Below are positions 10,975 to 23,000 of a stretch of DNA of 64,000 nt, in pieces. The DNA lies in the NCBI RefSeq assembly GCF_963506605.1, contig NC_083281.1, forward strand, positions 56,730,001 through 56,794,000, written 5' to 3'. The notes below the pieces were generated by a model. The model searched no databases and was not told the origin of the DNA. It saw only the letters and a list, made by a program, of their open reading frames with translations. Source of the DNA: Zootoca vivipara. Taxonomy: Eukaryota. Numbering within the stretch: position 1 is the first letter of the stretch; each line of letters begins with the position of its first letter. The position numbers were made by a program, and so were the translations under genes.

Positions 10975-13900
10975 ATGAAGTGGATGTTCAAGGAGGACCA
11001 CGCGCTGGGTGAGGGGCCAGGAGGGAGGAGCAGGCCGCCTTCTCCGGGGATGAGGCCCGGCCTGGTCCCCGGCCTCGGGAGGGGGGCGTCTCTCTCGCCA
11101 CACGCGCAGCGCCGCGGGTCGGGGGGTGGGAAGGGCGGGTAGCGGGCCGCTGGGCTCTGCCGCCGGCCGGTGTCTCCCCGCCCCTCCTGACGCGCCCCCC
11201 TTGTTTGTCTCCGCAGAGCACCGCTGCGTGGAGTCCGCCAAGATCCGGGCCAAGTACCCTGACCGCGTCCCGGTAAGTCTCTCGCGGCCGCTACTTCGTC
11301 TTTCTTTCGGGGAGGAGGCCCGAAGGTTCGCGCGGGGTGGGGTTTGGGTGGGCTGGGCCTCTTCAGCATCGGTGCAGGTTGGTTCCCCTTCGAAATCCGC
11401 CCTGCGGAGACGAAGCAACAAACAGCCTGTTTGGCCCGAGCATCTTTCCCCTCTTCCGCCTTGCCCGGTTGGTAGGAATCTTTCACTTAGGCCTGTAAAG
11501 GGAGGGAGGGAGCGAGGGAAGACATTCTCCTGGATCTTCCGTTCCCGACATGAGCTGGGGAATTCAGTCATAAGAAACAAGCAAACGGGTTCCCATTATG
11601 TAGATGTGTACAGAAATTCAGATATTCTGAGATTTAGTTGGATCAAAAAGGGGGGACTATAATCCTCTCAAAGACTATATGGTAATGTTGTTTGATTATC
11701 TTAAGGATAACTTACCGGTATAACAAAAAGGCAAGGGAAATAATAATTTGTTAACAGCTGTTAGAAAAATATGCTAGAATTGGAAAAATATAATTTACTT
11801 TTCCATAGATTTTTGACTACTCAAATAACAGTTTGCACACTAGCCAAACAGATGCTCCAATAGGAAGCGCAGGGCAAGGATATGGGAGCCATCGTCCTCT
11901 TCCCACTTTGATAGCTATATCCATCATCAATTTGTCTAAATCCCATTTAAAGCTAACCAAGTTGGTTACCATAATAGAATTGTAGAGTTGGAAAGGACCC
12001 CAAGGGTCATCTAGTCAAACTACCAGCAATGTAGGAATCTCAATTAAAGCATGCATGACAGATGGCCATCCAACCTCTGCTTAAAAACCTCAAATGAAGG
12101 AGAATCCACCACAACATATCATGGGACCAAATTCTATCGCTAAATTATGGATTATGTGCAGATGTACTTTTTTTGTCTGTCCTATATCTTCTAGCATTTA
12201 GCTTCATCAGATTACCTCTACATTACTCTTAGAATTTTGAAGTGTCAGGCATAGCTCTAGTGGCTTTAGCCCAAACGTAGCAGAGTTTTCCTGCACAGTG
12301 CAGAAGCTAGTTGAGGTGGAAATGACTAGTCGGCTAGACGCAGAATAACTATTTACAGGATTTATTAAAAGAAAATAAAACCAGCAGAGTTTCTGCATAT
12401 AAAGCAAAGCAAAATAAATCCTCTCTCTCTCCAACCATACGCAGCACTCCTACTCCTAACACCACAATAAACAACTGTGCTAGCATTCCTAGATAACAGA
12501 GTTCAGTGCTGGTCATTAACCAATGAGAGAGTTGTTGCCAGGCCAGGCAGACTTTGGCTTTCTGCCAAGAGTAAATTGACACTGCCTTGAGTTAATAGTG
12601 TGAAGCAAGAATCTGTAAGTTTCCCATGAGAACCAATTATCAGAAACTGAACACCCCCTCACAGATTCTGCTGGACAATTAACATCAATTGACACCTGTG
12701 TAAGAACTTTTACTGTTCACTCATTTTTTCCAGCAAACCTAAACCCTTGCACATTTGCTTGTTCTTTATCTTTGACAATGGTTTTGTTAACATATCTGCC
12801 ACATTCTGATCACTTGATACATAGGTACATGTGATTAATTGTCTTGTACACTGCAACGTACATTTTGGTATTTCACAGCAATATGTTTTGAACGTGATTT
12901 GAAACCCTCTGTTTTACTTAAGGTTATACAAGCCTGATTATCAATGTAAACTTCTTTGGTTCTCCACAATATACAGTTAAATCCTCTAACAAACGCTTGA
13001 AATAAACCACCTCGTTGCACAATTCACTCAATGCGGCGTACTCAGATTCCGTTGAGGACACATTTACAACGTTCTGCTTGCGCAATTGCCAGCTGATTAA
13101 AGCTCCACCGAACATTATGACTAAATCCTGTGACAGATTTTCTATCTGGCAAATTTCCCCAGTCACTATCACAGTAGCAACTCAACATTTCATCCTCTGA
13201 AGAATTTAGTTGTAACATATATTGTCTGTTTGAGATATCTCAGAACTTGCTTTACCCCTTTCCAGGCATTTAGTGTGGGTTTTGAGACCAATCTACTTAG
13301 TATGCCTACTGCATAGCTAATATCAGGTCTGGACCATTGTGTTAGATACAATAGACTTCCAGATTACAGAATGATATACACCTGGATGTTCAAATTCAGG
13401 ACTCTCATATATTATGAGAGTGGGAAGCAATGGCAGTTCCAAACACCTCATAGAACACATGGCTGTGATCTAGCCTTAAGGCCACCAAGGATTGTGTGAC
13501 TATAGCTGTATCAGATCCCTGCAGGAAAGGATATGGTTGGGGCAGCCACTCATTGAAGTTTGGGGAAAGGCCCTTGTGGCTTAACCTTGAGTGCCAAAGT
13601 CCTCCCTCCCTTTGCAATTCAGAGAACTGAGAAGAGGTTGTGACATGCTGTGGCTGGTCTTGTCTATCAATTTTTCTGCTGAGCCTCTCCAACTGCCATT
13701 GAGTATATTGTCCTTGTGTTGATGTTCTGATGTATCCTGCCCCCCCTCCATTTTACCCCCCTCCATTGTCCTTTGAGCAGGTGATTGTTGAAAAGGTCTC
13801 AGGCTCTCAGATTGTGGACATTGACAAGCGGAAGTACCTGGTTCCATCTGACATCACTGTGGCTCAGTTTATGTGGATCATCCGGAAGAGGATTCAGCTG

Positions 13901-16900
13901 CCATCTGAGAAGGCAATATTCCTCTTTGTAGACAAGACTGTCCCACAATCCAGGTGAGGATCTTCCTTCTTCAAGGACAACAGCTGCCATTTTCTCATGG
14001 AAAACAAAGCTATGACTAGCTGTCTAAAATGGCATGGTCCTCCAGGGCACTTTGGCTTGTGTCCTGAAATAACTGTTTCCAGTCTTTGCAGTTGCATGTT
14101 CAATGTGAAATTGGCTTCCTCACTCCAAGGGAAAGGAAGCAGTTTGCAGCCACAGCTGAGATGATCTAGGGCAGGGGTGGTTAACATGTGGTCCTTCATA
14201 CATTGCTAAATTGCAACTCTTATCACTCCTCACTCTAGTCATGGTGGCTTGGGCTGAAAGGAGTTGTAATCCAGCAATATCTGGATGGCTAGATATTTTC
14301 CATCTCTGATTTTGGAGTATGAATGACGATTCATTCCTCAAAGGAATCATGGGTGGGGAGAGTGCTGTTGCACCCAGGTCCAGCTTTCGAGCTTCCCTTA
14401 GGCACTTGGATGCTAGGCTAGATGAGCTTTTGGCCTGATCCAGAATCAGTTGAAATGGACAATGAGGGTCATCTAGTCCAATCCCCTGAAGTGCAGGAAT
14501 ATTTTGCCCATAACCCTGAGATTGAGAGTCTCATGCCCTACAGACTGAGACAGCTCTTGTAATGGACTTTGGCAGTGAGGAAGCAATGCTGCTAAAACAG
14601 TCTTTACTAAACTGCAGTCATGGTTTATTAGTTTATTAAGGAGTTACACACACAGGAATGACATGCACCCTGCAGCCCTAACTGTTCACCCAACTGTCAC
14701 AGCTGTGCCAACTGCCATAACTGTCACATCCATCACATCTCCCTTTCACAGTAAAGTTAAGGAAAAGGAAAAATCAGAAATAATAAAAAAGTAAACAGTA
14801 ATAAACAATAAATAACAACAAACAATAATAAACATGCATATTCATGACATATATCTTTGAGGCATATACACACACTTACCATATGAGGTTACATATGCAG
14901 GTCGCCTTACATCCGTTTGCATATTGGATGTTCTCCCAGTTTCCTCTCCGTTATCACTTTGTATTTCCTTTCTATTCCCAATCAATATACTTTTCAAATA
15001 TTGCATTTTTTCGTGGAGTGCAGTACTTTTGAAATTCTTCCAGAACCTCGTCCACAGTCTGTGGTTCATCATCAGGAAAACTAAATATCTCATAAATCTG
15101 TACTGCCTCTTCTCCTACACAATTCAACAAAACAGCAACCTGCCTCTTTGCCGAAAAACGACCAGCTCCAGAAGCCGTCAAATACACACGAAAAGCTTGC
15201 TCCCATCGTCTCCAATTCTTTGCCAGGTTTCCTTGGAGCACAAGAGGACACGTAGGTCAAAAAGAGTCCATCTTCTGACACCATGTGGCGATGTGGGTTA
15301 AACCACAGAGCCTAGGGCTTGCTGATCAGAAGGTCGGCGGTTTGAATCCCTGTGACGGGGTGAGCTCCCGTTGCTTGGTCCCAGCTCCTGCCAACCTAGC
15401 AGTTCGAAAGCACATCAAAATGCAAGTAGATAAATAGGAACTGCTATAGTGGGAAGGTAAATGGCGTTTCCATGTGCTGCTCTGGTTTGCCAGAAGCGGC
15501 TTTGTCATGCTGGCCACATGACCTGGAAGCTATACGCCGGCTCCCTCGGCCAATAATGCGAGATGAGCGCGCAACCCCAGAGTCGGTCACGACTGGACCT
15601 AATGGTCAGGGGTCCCTTTACCTTTAATGGACTTTGGCAGTGAGGAAGCAATGCTGCTAAAACAGTCTTTACTAAACTGCAGTCATAGTTTATTAGTTTA
15701 TTAAGGAGTTACACACACAGGAATGACATCCACCCTGCAGCCCTAACTGTTCACCCAACTGTCACAGCTGTGCCAACTGCCATAACTCTCACATACATCA
15801 CAGCTCTCATATTCATACAATTGTTTGTAAGCTGTCCGGTTCGTGGCGAGCTATGCTTGCATCATACACTCATAGCAAAGCAGTGAGAGATTGCCCAGGC
15901 ACCTCCTGAATATTCTGCTTCCACTAAGAGAGGTAGGGAACTCTTGGTCCAAAGACTGGATCCATCCTTAGGACCTCTGCATCCAAGCCTTGGTGTCCTT
16001 TCCTCATCCTAGTTCTGCCCTTCCTGTGCACTGTGATACCCCCACCCCATTCCAAAAACACACACTCACTGCAATTAGGCTTTCAGAAAGCTTTATATTG
16101 ACTCTAATAGAAGTGTGCTGCCACCACCCCACAGGCCTGTGTGGGGATAAAATCTTCATGGAATGTGCAGCTTGTGAGGGAAGGAGTTGACTTTCTCTGC
16201 TCCTTCTCCCTTCTGGTAACTAGGGTTGAAATAAAAGCTTAAATCTTTATTTCTAGCTAATTGCTATAAGTGGTGGAAGGAGCACAAGGTGGTTCTACCC
16301 ACTTTTGCTTTGGCTGCACCTTCCGCTGGCTAAGAGGGAATGTAGAAATATGCTGCCCAGTTTTAAGAAAACAAGTAGTCTTTAACCCTTTTACTTAGTC
16401 ATCATAAGGGCAAGAATTTCTTTTGTTGTGGGTTATAGCAGCATTTTTCCTCCAGTGGCCCATGGCTGCAGCTTATACCTGCAGCTGTGTGTGTATGTGT
16501 TTTTTTTATTCATGGATATCCCTCCTGCCTTCTGTTGTGGAATCCGAGGCATCATACAGATGGGCTCTCATATATTGATTTTCCTTTGGGGGTGCTACTG
16601 TAGTCTAACTATGTTAGGCTATGTATAGCTGAGGGTTGTTTTTTTTTTTTTTTTGCTTTTGTTGAGTTGTGGTGTTCTAATCTTCCTCCTCAACTCTCCA
16701 CAAAGTGTCTGGATATAGAATTAAAACATGATTTAGTGCATTACCTTAGACAATATACTTTTTCTAAACCATTTCTGCTCCTTTTCCTGTTTTTCTCCAG
16801 CCCCACCCCAGCAATCCAAACTTTTGCTTACTGCAGCCAATGTCTGTTCAGAGACAGAGTGTTAATTACAGCCATGAAGAAAAGGAAATTACTGTGCTAG

Positions 16901-17504
16901 TTTAGAATACACAAATGTTCCTAATTTCAGAGCAGCATGAATAGCAGAGCTCAAGTTGTGTACACAGGAATATGCAAGATCACCCAGGTGGTCACTATAG
17001 AAAAATCTGTAATGCTTGTAACTGATTTGGGGAGTAGGAGTGTTTACCCTTTTTCTTTTCTCTCTGCCATTTTTTCCTTCAAAGTTTCCCTTACCCACAT
17101 GAAATAAGGCTGACTACATCTTCCCCAGACCCTAGTATTAAGTCAGAATTTAATCCCTTATGCCGAATTCATGATGTTAGAGGATCAGTATTTTATGGTT
17201 TTAAACAATTCAATCCTATGCCTACCTACTCAGAAATAAGCCCACTAGAATTCTGCAGGCATAATTCCCAAGACTGCAGCCCAAGTATAGATCTAATGTG
17301 CTTCTGTTCATTTATTTTTGCCAGGCTTTTTTTAAACCTTCATATTTTTATTAGATTACAGATTGACTTTCTCAAGAGGTAGATAACATTTTAATCTTTT
17401 GTCATGAACTTCAGTCTTTGTAAAATGTTGCAGCTTAACAGGAATTTATATTGAGCTTAATACCAGAACAGTCTCTTGAGCAGTTTACAAAAAGACAGCA
17501 AATT

Positions 17505-17546
<42 letters not shown>

Positions 17547-17914
17547 TATAAAAACCAGATGAAACAACAAAATCCTGGGCAACCATAACCTCCTGAACCA
17601 GAGTGCTATCCCTTCCTATCTCTTGCTAAGGGATATTCTGATAACATTCCAGAAACTCTAGAGGCTGCAAGTGGTTATAGTAATCATTACATGGTACAAG
17701 TAGAAAATGTTTTGTTTAAAGAATTGCCTGGGCTTCCATTCAGTTTGCATTTCCTCTTAGTTGCTATGTAGACTCCTTTGATACCTTAGCAAGTTCCTCA
17801 CTGTCTTATTTTGTTACCTTCAGCCTGACAATGGGACAGCTTTACGAGAAGGAGAAGGACGAGGATGGCTTCCTGTATGTGGCCTATAGTGGAGAAAACA
17901 CCTTTGGCATCTGA
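10975..17914 (+). CDS. GABARAPL2: GABA(A) receptor-associated protein-like 2 (GATE-16, ATG8 family), 117 aa, 4 exons
   Basis: Exons 10975-11008, 11217-11272, 13781-13953, 17824-17914 = 354 nt. MKWMFKEDH...[12 protein letters not shown]...YSGENTFGI*, with the lipidation Gly116. All introns GT-AG. Confidence 0.98.
11971..12110 (-). mobile_element. CR1-type 3' end fragment
   Basis: atagaattgtagagttggaaaggacccc..ggtcatctagtc is similar to 57042-57142. Boundaries approximate. Confidence 0.6.
12243..13385 (-). mobile_element. Ty1/Copia LTR retrotransposon relic (RT end, RNase H, PPT, 3' LTR)
   Basis: Frameshifted peptides [62 protein letters not shown] and [12 protein letters not shown] are Copia RT/RNase H signatures. 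PPT GAGGGGG abuts TGT at 12653. Putative LTR 12243-12653 (TG...CA). Confidence 0.85.
14440..14552 (-). mobile_element. tRNA-Lys-derived SINE with CR1-type tail
   Basis: Minus strand reads tctcagtctgtagggcatgagactctcaatctcagggtt, close to tRNA-Lys(CTT) GCTCAGTCGGTAGAGCATGAGACTCTTAATCTCAGGGTC. It is followed by ggactagatgaccctc, a CR1-like tail. Confidence 0.7.
14558..15802 (-). mobile_element. Miniature, internally deleted Gypsy/Ty3 LTR element (TRIM-like)
   Basis: 180-bp LTRs at 14558-14737 and 15284-15286 + 15626-15802 (TG..CA, 4 mismatches by eye). 5-bp TSD GCTCT (14553-14557 and 15803-15807). PBS TGGTGTCAGAAG (15283-15272); PPT GAAAGGGAGA (14747-14738). Gag N-terminus [30 protein letters not shown]. 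Confidence 0.92.
15287..15625 (+). mobile_element. Sauria SINE nested in the 5' LTR of the mini-Gypsy
   Basis: tRNA-like head (gggttaaacc..ggtttgaatccc), Sauria body and (ACCTTT)-type tail. Homologous to 35880-36217. Confidence 0.9.
17510..17543. repeat. (CA)n microsatellite
   Basis: Direct reading. Confidence 0.95.
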
Positions 17915-19344
17915 TTGCATCTCCTTCCCTCTTGTGTCTTGTAAATAGCCTCTTGTTTGTGATCATGACCCCGGGGCACATCCTGCATCTGTCACTGGGT
18001 TGATTTAATATATGGATAGATTTTTGTTAGCCTGGTAATTTATGAAAGTTTTATTTCCCCATTGCACATTGTACTCATAGCTGTAAATTCCATAGTCTCT
18101 CTCCTCTGGGACACATATACTGACATTATTTAAATACTGAAGCAAGGTAGTTGAGGGACTAAAGTGATGGGGGGAGGGGGATTTTGAAATGAAGGTTTGA
18201 CTAATTATTAATTATTACAGTTTCATAGTAAGGGCGCTTTTAGATTGTTCCAAACAGTCTCAAGATGCTAATATGTTGATTTTGGCTAGTGTCTTCCTCT
18301 TGATGAATTTTGCTAGAGGAAACTGATTAAAATTCCTCTCACAAATATGTTTCGGTTCTATGTTACTTCAGCTTCACTTTCTAACACACAGTCTTACGAG
18401 GTCAAGCTTTACAAGGGCTAATCAATAACCATGTTGTATTGCTAGTATTCAGAGTAAAGACAGATAGATCCAGCTACAGTCATGGAGGTGGGCATATTTG
18501 CTCTCCACACCCAAAAAGCAGGTAGATGCCAGATGTAGCCAGTTCTGTTCGAAGCACACCTTAATGATGTCATGAAAACTAGCATTACATCACATGTTCT
18601 TAGTTATCTGGCTTTGTGGGTACCTTGTTTATAATTAACAAAGAGGCAGCCAACTATGGCAGATTGTATCAATTAAGTACATAGGTTTTCAGTGAATAAG
18701 CAGGATGGGCATCAGGAAGTTTCACAAGCCCTGTGACATTCACCTCCCCCAAGGCTGCATTTACAATGATGGCTGGCCGCAAAATCCTATGCAGTAATAT
18801 GTTGGCACTCATGAGAACAATCAGGCGGCTCTTTAAATCTTTGAGGAGTGAGCTGGCCTCCTTCCCCCTCCTGCAGCAGCAATGGACTTCCTCTCCTTGG
18901 TGTTCATCCCCTGGTGCCTTTGTTGCACAGGTCTATCAAGTACACTCACCTCTGAGCCATACTAAAACACAGCTGTGTAATCTATTGTTATCACAGGATA
19001 CATTTTCAATAATGCATTCATCATCACAATCCAGTTTAGACAGTTGCTGTGCTGACCTCAAAATTCTCTAAAAGCTGATAAAGCTAAATGGAATTGTTTA
19101 CTATACAAAGTAGCCTAGCTTGCTTTAGTAGAACAACTCCTAAATAGCTTGTTTTAACAGCACTAGGCTCTTGAGCCAGAGAAAACAAACATGGTATGCT
19201 CCAGATTGTTGCACTACTACATGGTCAGTGGTAAAGGATGACTGGATTGGTCCAGCAACATCTGAGGGCACATTGATAACCCCTGCTCTAAGCATTTATG
19301 TTCAAACAACCAGCATACAAGAGTCAATTTCAATCTGTCCTATA

Positions 19345-19530
19345 CAGTAAGACCGCAATCTATGCTGGGGTTATGTTCCAGGAATCACACCTAAAGCCAA
19401 AAATCCTGTACAATCAAAACATTGGGTGCAATAGTGGGTGGGGATTGCCAAAGTCTCTTTTTTTAAAAATTGCAAAGTGCATAAAGCTGAATGCACACAA
19501 ATTAAATGTGCATAATTTGCAGGCTTACTG
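19345..19530. mobile_element. Tc1/mariner-pogo-type MITE
   Basis: TA|CAGTAAGACCGCAA ... TTGCAGGCTTACTG|TA: imperfect TIRs with a TA duplication. Confidence 0.75.
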
Positions 19531-20025
19531 TACTCAATACGTTTCTAAAACTTCCATCAACAAAAGCCTAAATAATACCTTCTTAAAATGGGTATACAAT
19601 TAAAATTATTCATATCAAGTACCAGAACTGCAAATCATATCAAGGTCTAACATTACACAATTGGAGATCCCACTTTTTGTCTACTACACTTAATTAACAA
19701 TAGATTTGCAAGAGCTGTTTGCAATCTCAGCCTGTTACATAAAGACAAAAACAGAAAAGACCATGCTGCGACAATTAAGTAACAGGGTTCATGGGCTGCT
19801 ACCTTGTTTTAGTATGCCCTTTTGTTAAAATGCAAATGATGGGGGTGGCTAAGTATGTAAGAGTCTTGGTGGTTTAAAAAGAAGTTTCAGAAATTTTAAT
19901 CTTGCAAGTTTAAATCATTGCAGCTCTATGCATGTCAGTCACAGGAGGGACCAGTAACATCCCACCCCCTAGGTGAGGCAGTCTTGCCTCTGAGCCAGGT
20001 GTCACAGATGTGCAACTTCCTCCTC

Positions 20026-23000
20026 TCACGTGAAGTGCAGGTAATCGCGACTGTTCCTCACCCAGCAGCCCAAAGCTTGGCTGTGCAGTGCTTTCCAGGC
20101 TTCTTGATAACTGGCAGCGGCTTCCTTATACTCCCAGTAAGTCTTTAATTTCTTCTCTCTGAGAAGGAGAAACAGTCCTGGAATGGGTCACTGTCCTGCC
20201 TTGCTCCCCCCTCCCAGCTCTTTGTAAACAAAGGATATCACCACCACTCAGGCCATGCTTAGCCCAACAAATAGCAAACATTCAACAACCACACCAAAAC
20301 TTCATGGCCAAGGGCTGCAATAAAACATTTTGGTGTAGAAACTGTCACAATCAGCTCTGCCTGTGTTTGCCTTGCAAGGGAGAGGCCCAGAGGAGGCCAT
20401 ATGAAGACCCACAAAGTGGGACACCCAGCAGCAGGAGCCAGCTTGTGCACATACCACCTACTTGGCAAGTTGCTGAAGGTGGAGGGTAGCAGGATAAAAG
20501 GAAACTTGGTGTTTTTGCAGAGACTGGAGTAGGCTGTTGACAGCTTTGGCTGTGTTTTGTGGGAGGGGATATCTGTGGACATCTGAAAGGCTGTGAGGCA
20601 GGCTCAGGCCTGAACAAAAGCTTTGCACTCAGCCAATGTTTATTACGTAACCTTTTTATTTTTAAGGCCATGCAGCTGCTGCCCACCATAGAGTATCAAA
20701 ACACCAACTGTATCCAGCACACCAACTTAGCTATGACCATCCCTGCTCTTGCCAGCAACTTTGCTGAAGAAGGGCAGGTTTTGCTCCTCTCTGGGCACTC
20801 TGTGGCTGAACAAGAAAGGAAGTGAGGCACCCAAGATAAACAGGGCAGAGGCCCACTGTTTTCAGCAGCTCCTGTCCCATCAAAGTGTGCAGGAAGCTAC
20901 CGGTACCTGAATATAGAAATACTGCCCCCTCCTGCCCACAGGGAGGGACAACTGTGTCAAACCATAACCAGCTGCCTGGGCACCAGTCTCTGCCTCAAGG
21001 GTACAGAGAGACAGGAAACAGGCAAAGGGCAAACAAAACCCCAGGAAATTGCAAAACTAAGCAAAGCCCAAAATATGTTTGAGGAAGGAGAAGTTATGCA
21101 AGCAGCATGGGGGCCAGCATTCCACTTAGTACACACAGCACATCTAGGCAGCCTGCAGAAGCAGGTGTTGGCAGGGAGTGTGGCAGAACAGGGAAGATGA
21201 GAGCCTGGCCCTGGAAGTGTCTGCACGCAACCTCAATACAGCCAGAGCAAACAGAGCATTAATGCAAAGGTTGTAAGACACCGCAGGGGAAAGCCATTCA
21301 GTAAACGGAGATGCAGCTAAACAGAAGTGGGCAGCATACAGGAGGGAAAGCCTGGGAAAGAACAATGATAACAGTGTTTTCTATTAGAAAGACGGAATAC
21401 AATCTCCATAGGCGAGAGAGAAAAGAGCTAAACAAACTCAGCAGTCCTGCAAATGCCAGCTGCTTTGGACTTTAGCTCTGTCCACTGGCTCACTTTTCCC
21501 ATGGTCAATTTACCTTTCAAAGGAAAAAGTTGCCAACCCCATGGTGGTACAGGGAGAAGGTGGGGCCCTTCTGCTGTCGGAGAAGTGGAGCATGCAGCAG
21601 TTAAAAGACAGTGGGAAATTCCTCACCTGAGAGTTTTTGGCAGTTTTTCCTGTGGAATGCTGGCCGCCAGCTTCAGGAATGCATGAAATAGTTCCACCTT
21701 ACAGATTTGAGACCTATCAGCAACAGAAGACCAAATTCTGATCATAAGTCTCATTGCAAAAAGAGACAAGGGTGCCAGCTTGTTGGCTGAAGTGCTGCTT
21801 TGTCAAGTTTCTGTCCCCAAAAGCCACTGCTAAAACGTTTCTTGCAAGACCTCTGCTTTTTCAGAAATTGACATCTGTAGGTTGACAGGCATTCATAACA
21901 CCTAATGCCCAAAGGAGACTGGCGCAATTGGCAATCTATGAGGGAATCTGGCATCATAAGGCTTTTTTTCCGTGTGAGTGTGTTTTAAGAAGAGGCTCAA
22001 GTTCTTATGATAGTTATATATATATATAAAACCTTTTAAAAATAGAGGCATGCTGCCTAAGGACAGAGAAATTTAAGGAAGTAAAACTGCCAGGATTTAT
22101 CAGTTGAATTAACACAGCAATCCTGCCTCCCCAAAATCAGATGACTGGGGAAGGTACACAAATGGCATCATCATCATGATGAGTACATTTATATTCCAAG
22201 GAATTCAAGATGGTGTACACCAGGGGTTCTGAAACTGTAGTCCATTGGCCTCCAGTGGTTCCGTAGCGTCATTCTGGTGGGCCTGTGGATTTGTGGCTGA
22301 AGATGGGAGATGGCACACCAGAACGGGCTTTTTCTGTGGTGGGTCTCTGCTTGTGGAATGCTCTCCCCAAGGAGGCTCACCTGGTGCCTTTGTTACGTAT
22401 CTTTGTTACATGTCTTTAGACCCCATGCAAAACCAGTCCTCTTCTTCCAGGCCTTTGTTTAATTAAACCACCCATGGCCTTTTAAAGTTTGTTTGTTACT
22501 AAGTTATATATTTTTTTGTTTTTATGTTGTAAAGTGCCCTGTGTTGGTACATCATCATCATCATCATAGTCTCCCAAGTCTTAGTCCAATGCTGTGCCCA
22601 CTACAACACACTGGGTCGTATTTCTCACTTGCTTCTCAACAATGTTTATGTCTAAAATCCAGGAGATGTAGCTATCCTGTCTCATAAGACTCCCATTTCT
22701 GACTATGCTTTCTCACGTGGGGCTGCCAAAACTGAACATGATATTGATTCTTGATGCTTTTACATGTCATTATTAATATTATTTGTTAAGTGACTTATTT
22801 TTTCATCTACCACCAAAAAAATATCTAAGCAACTTAAGGAAAGATTAAACGCCAAAAAGAAAAATTATAAAACAATTCCAATAAAACAATTCCAATAATC
22901 CACAAACAAACCCAGCAGAAAAACAACAACAAAAGCTTCAGCAACAATAATTTTTCATTCAACAGACGATCAACCAGCTTGTCACAATCCATCCTAGGAG

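Noticed and set aside
11116-11139. G-quadruplex-like run GGGTCGGGGGGTGGGAAGGGCGGG in GABARAPL2 intron 1
   Set aside because: Expected by chance in a GC-rich first intron; no further support.
10689-11662. Antisense and alternative-frame ORFs of 178-265 aa over the GABARAPL2 5' end
   Set aside because: GC-rich artefacts overlapping real exons and the promoter.
14505-14552. tRNA-Lys gene
   Set aside because: Mutated, lacks the T-arm and acceptor 3' half, and runs into a CR1-type tail; it is a SINE head.
17915-20025. Possible overlapping 3' UTRs of convergent GABARAPL2 and ADAT1
   Set aside because: Each gene has a plausible proximal ATTAAA (18326-18331 on +; 19895-19900 on -), so overlap is not required.
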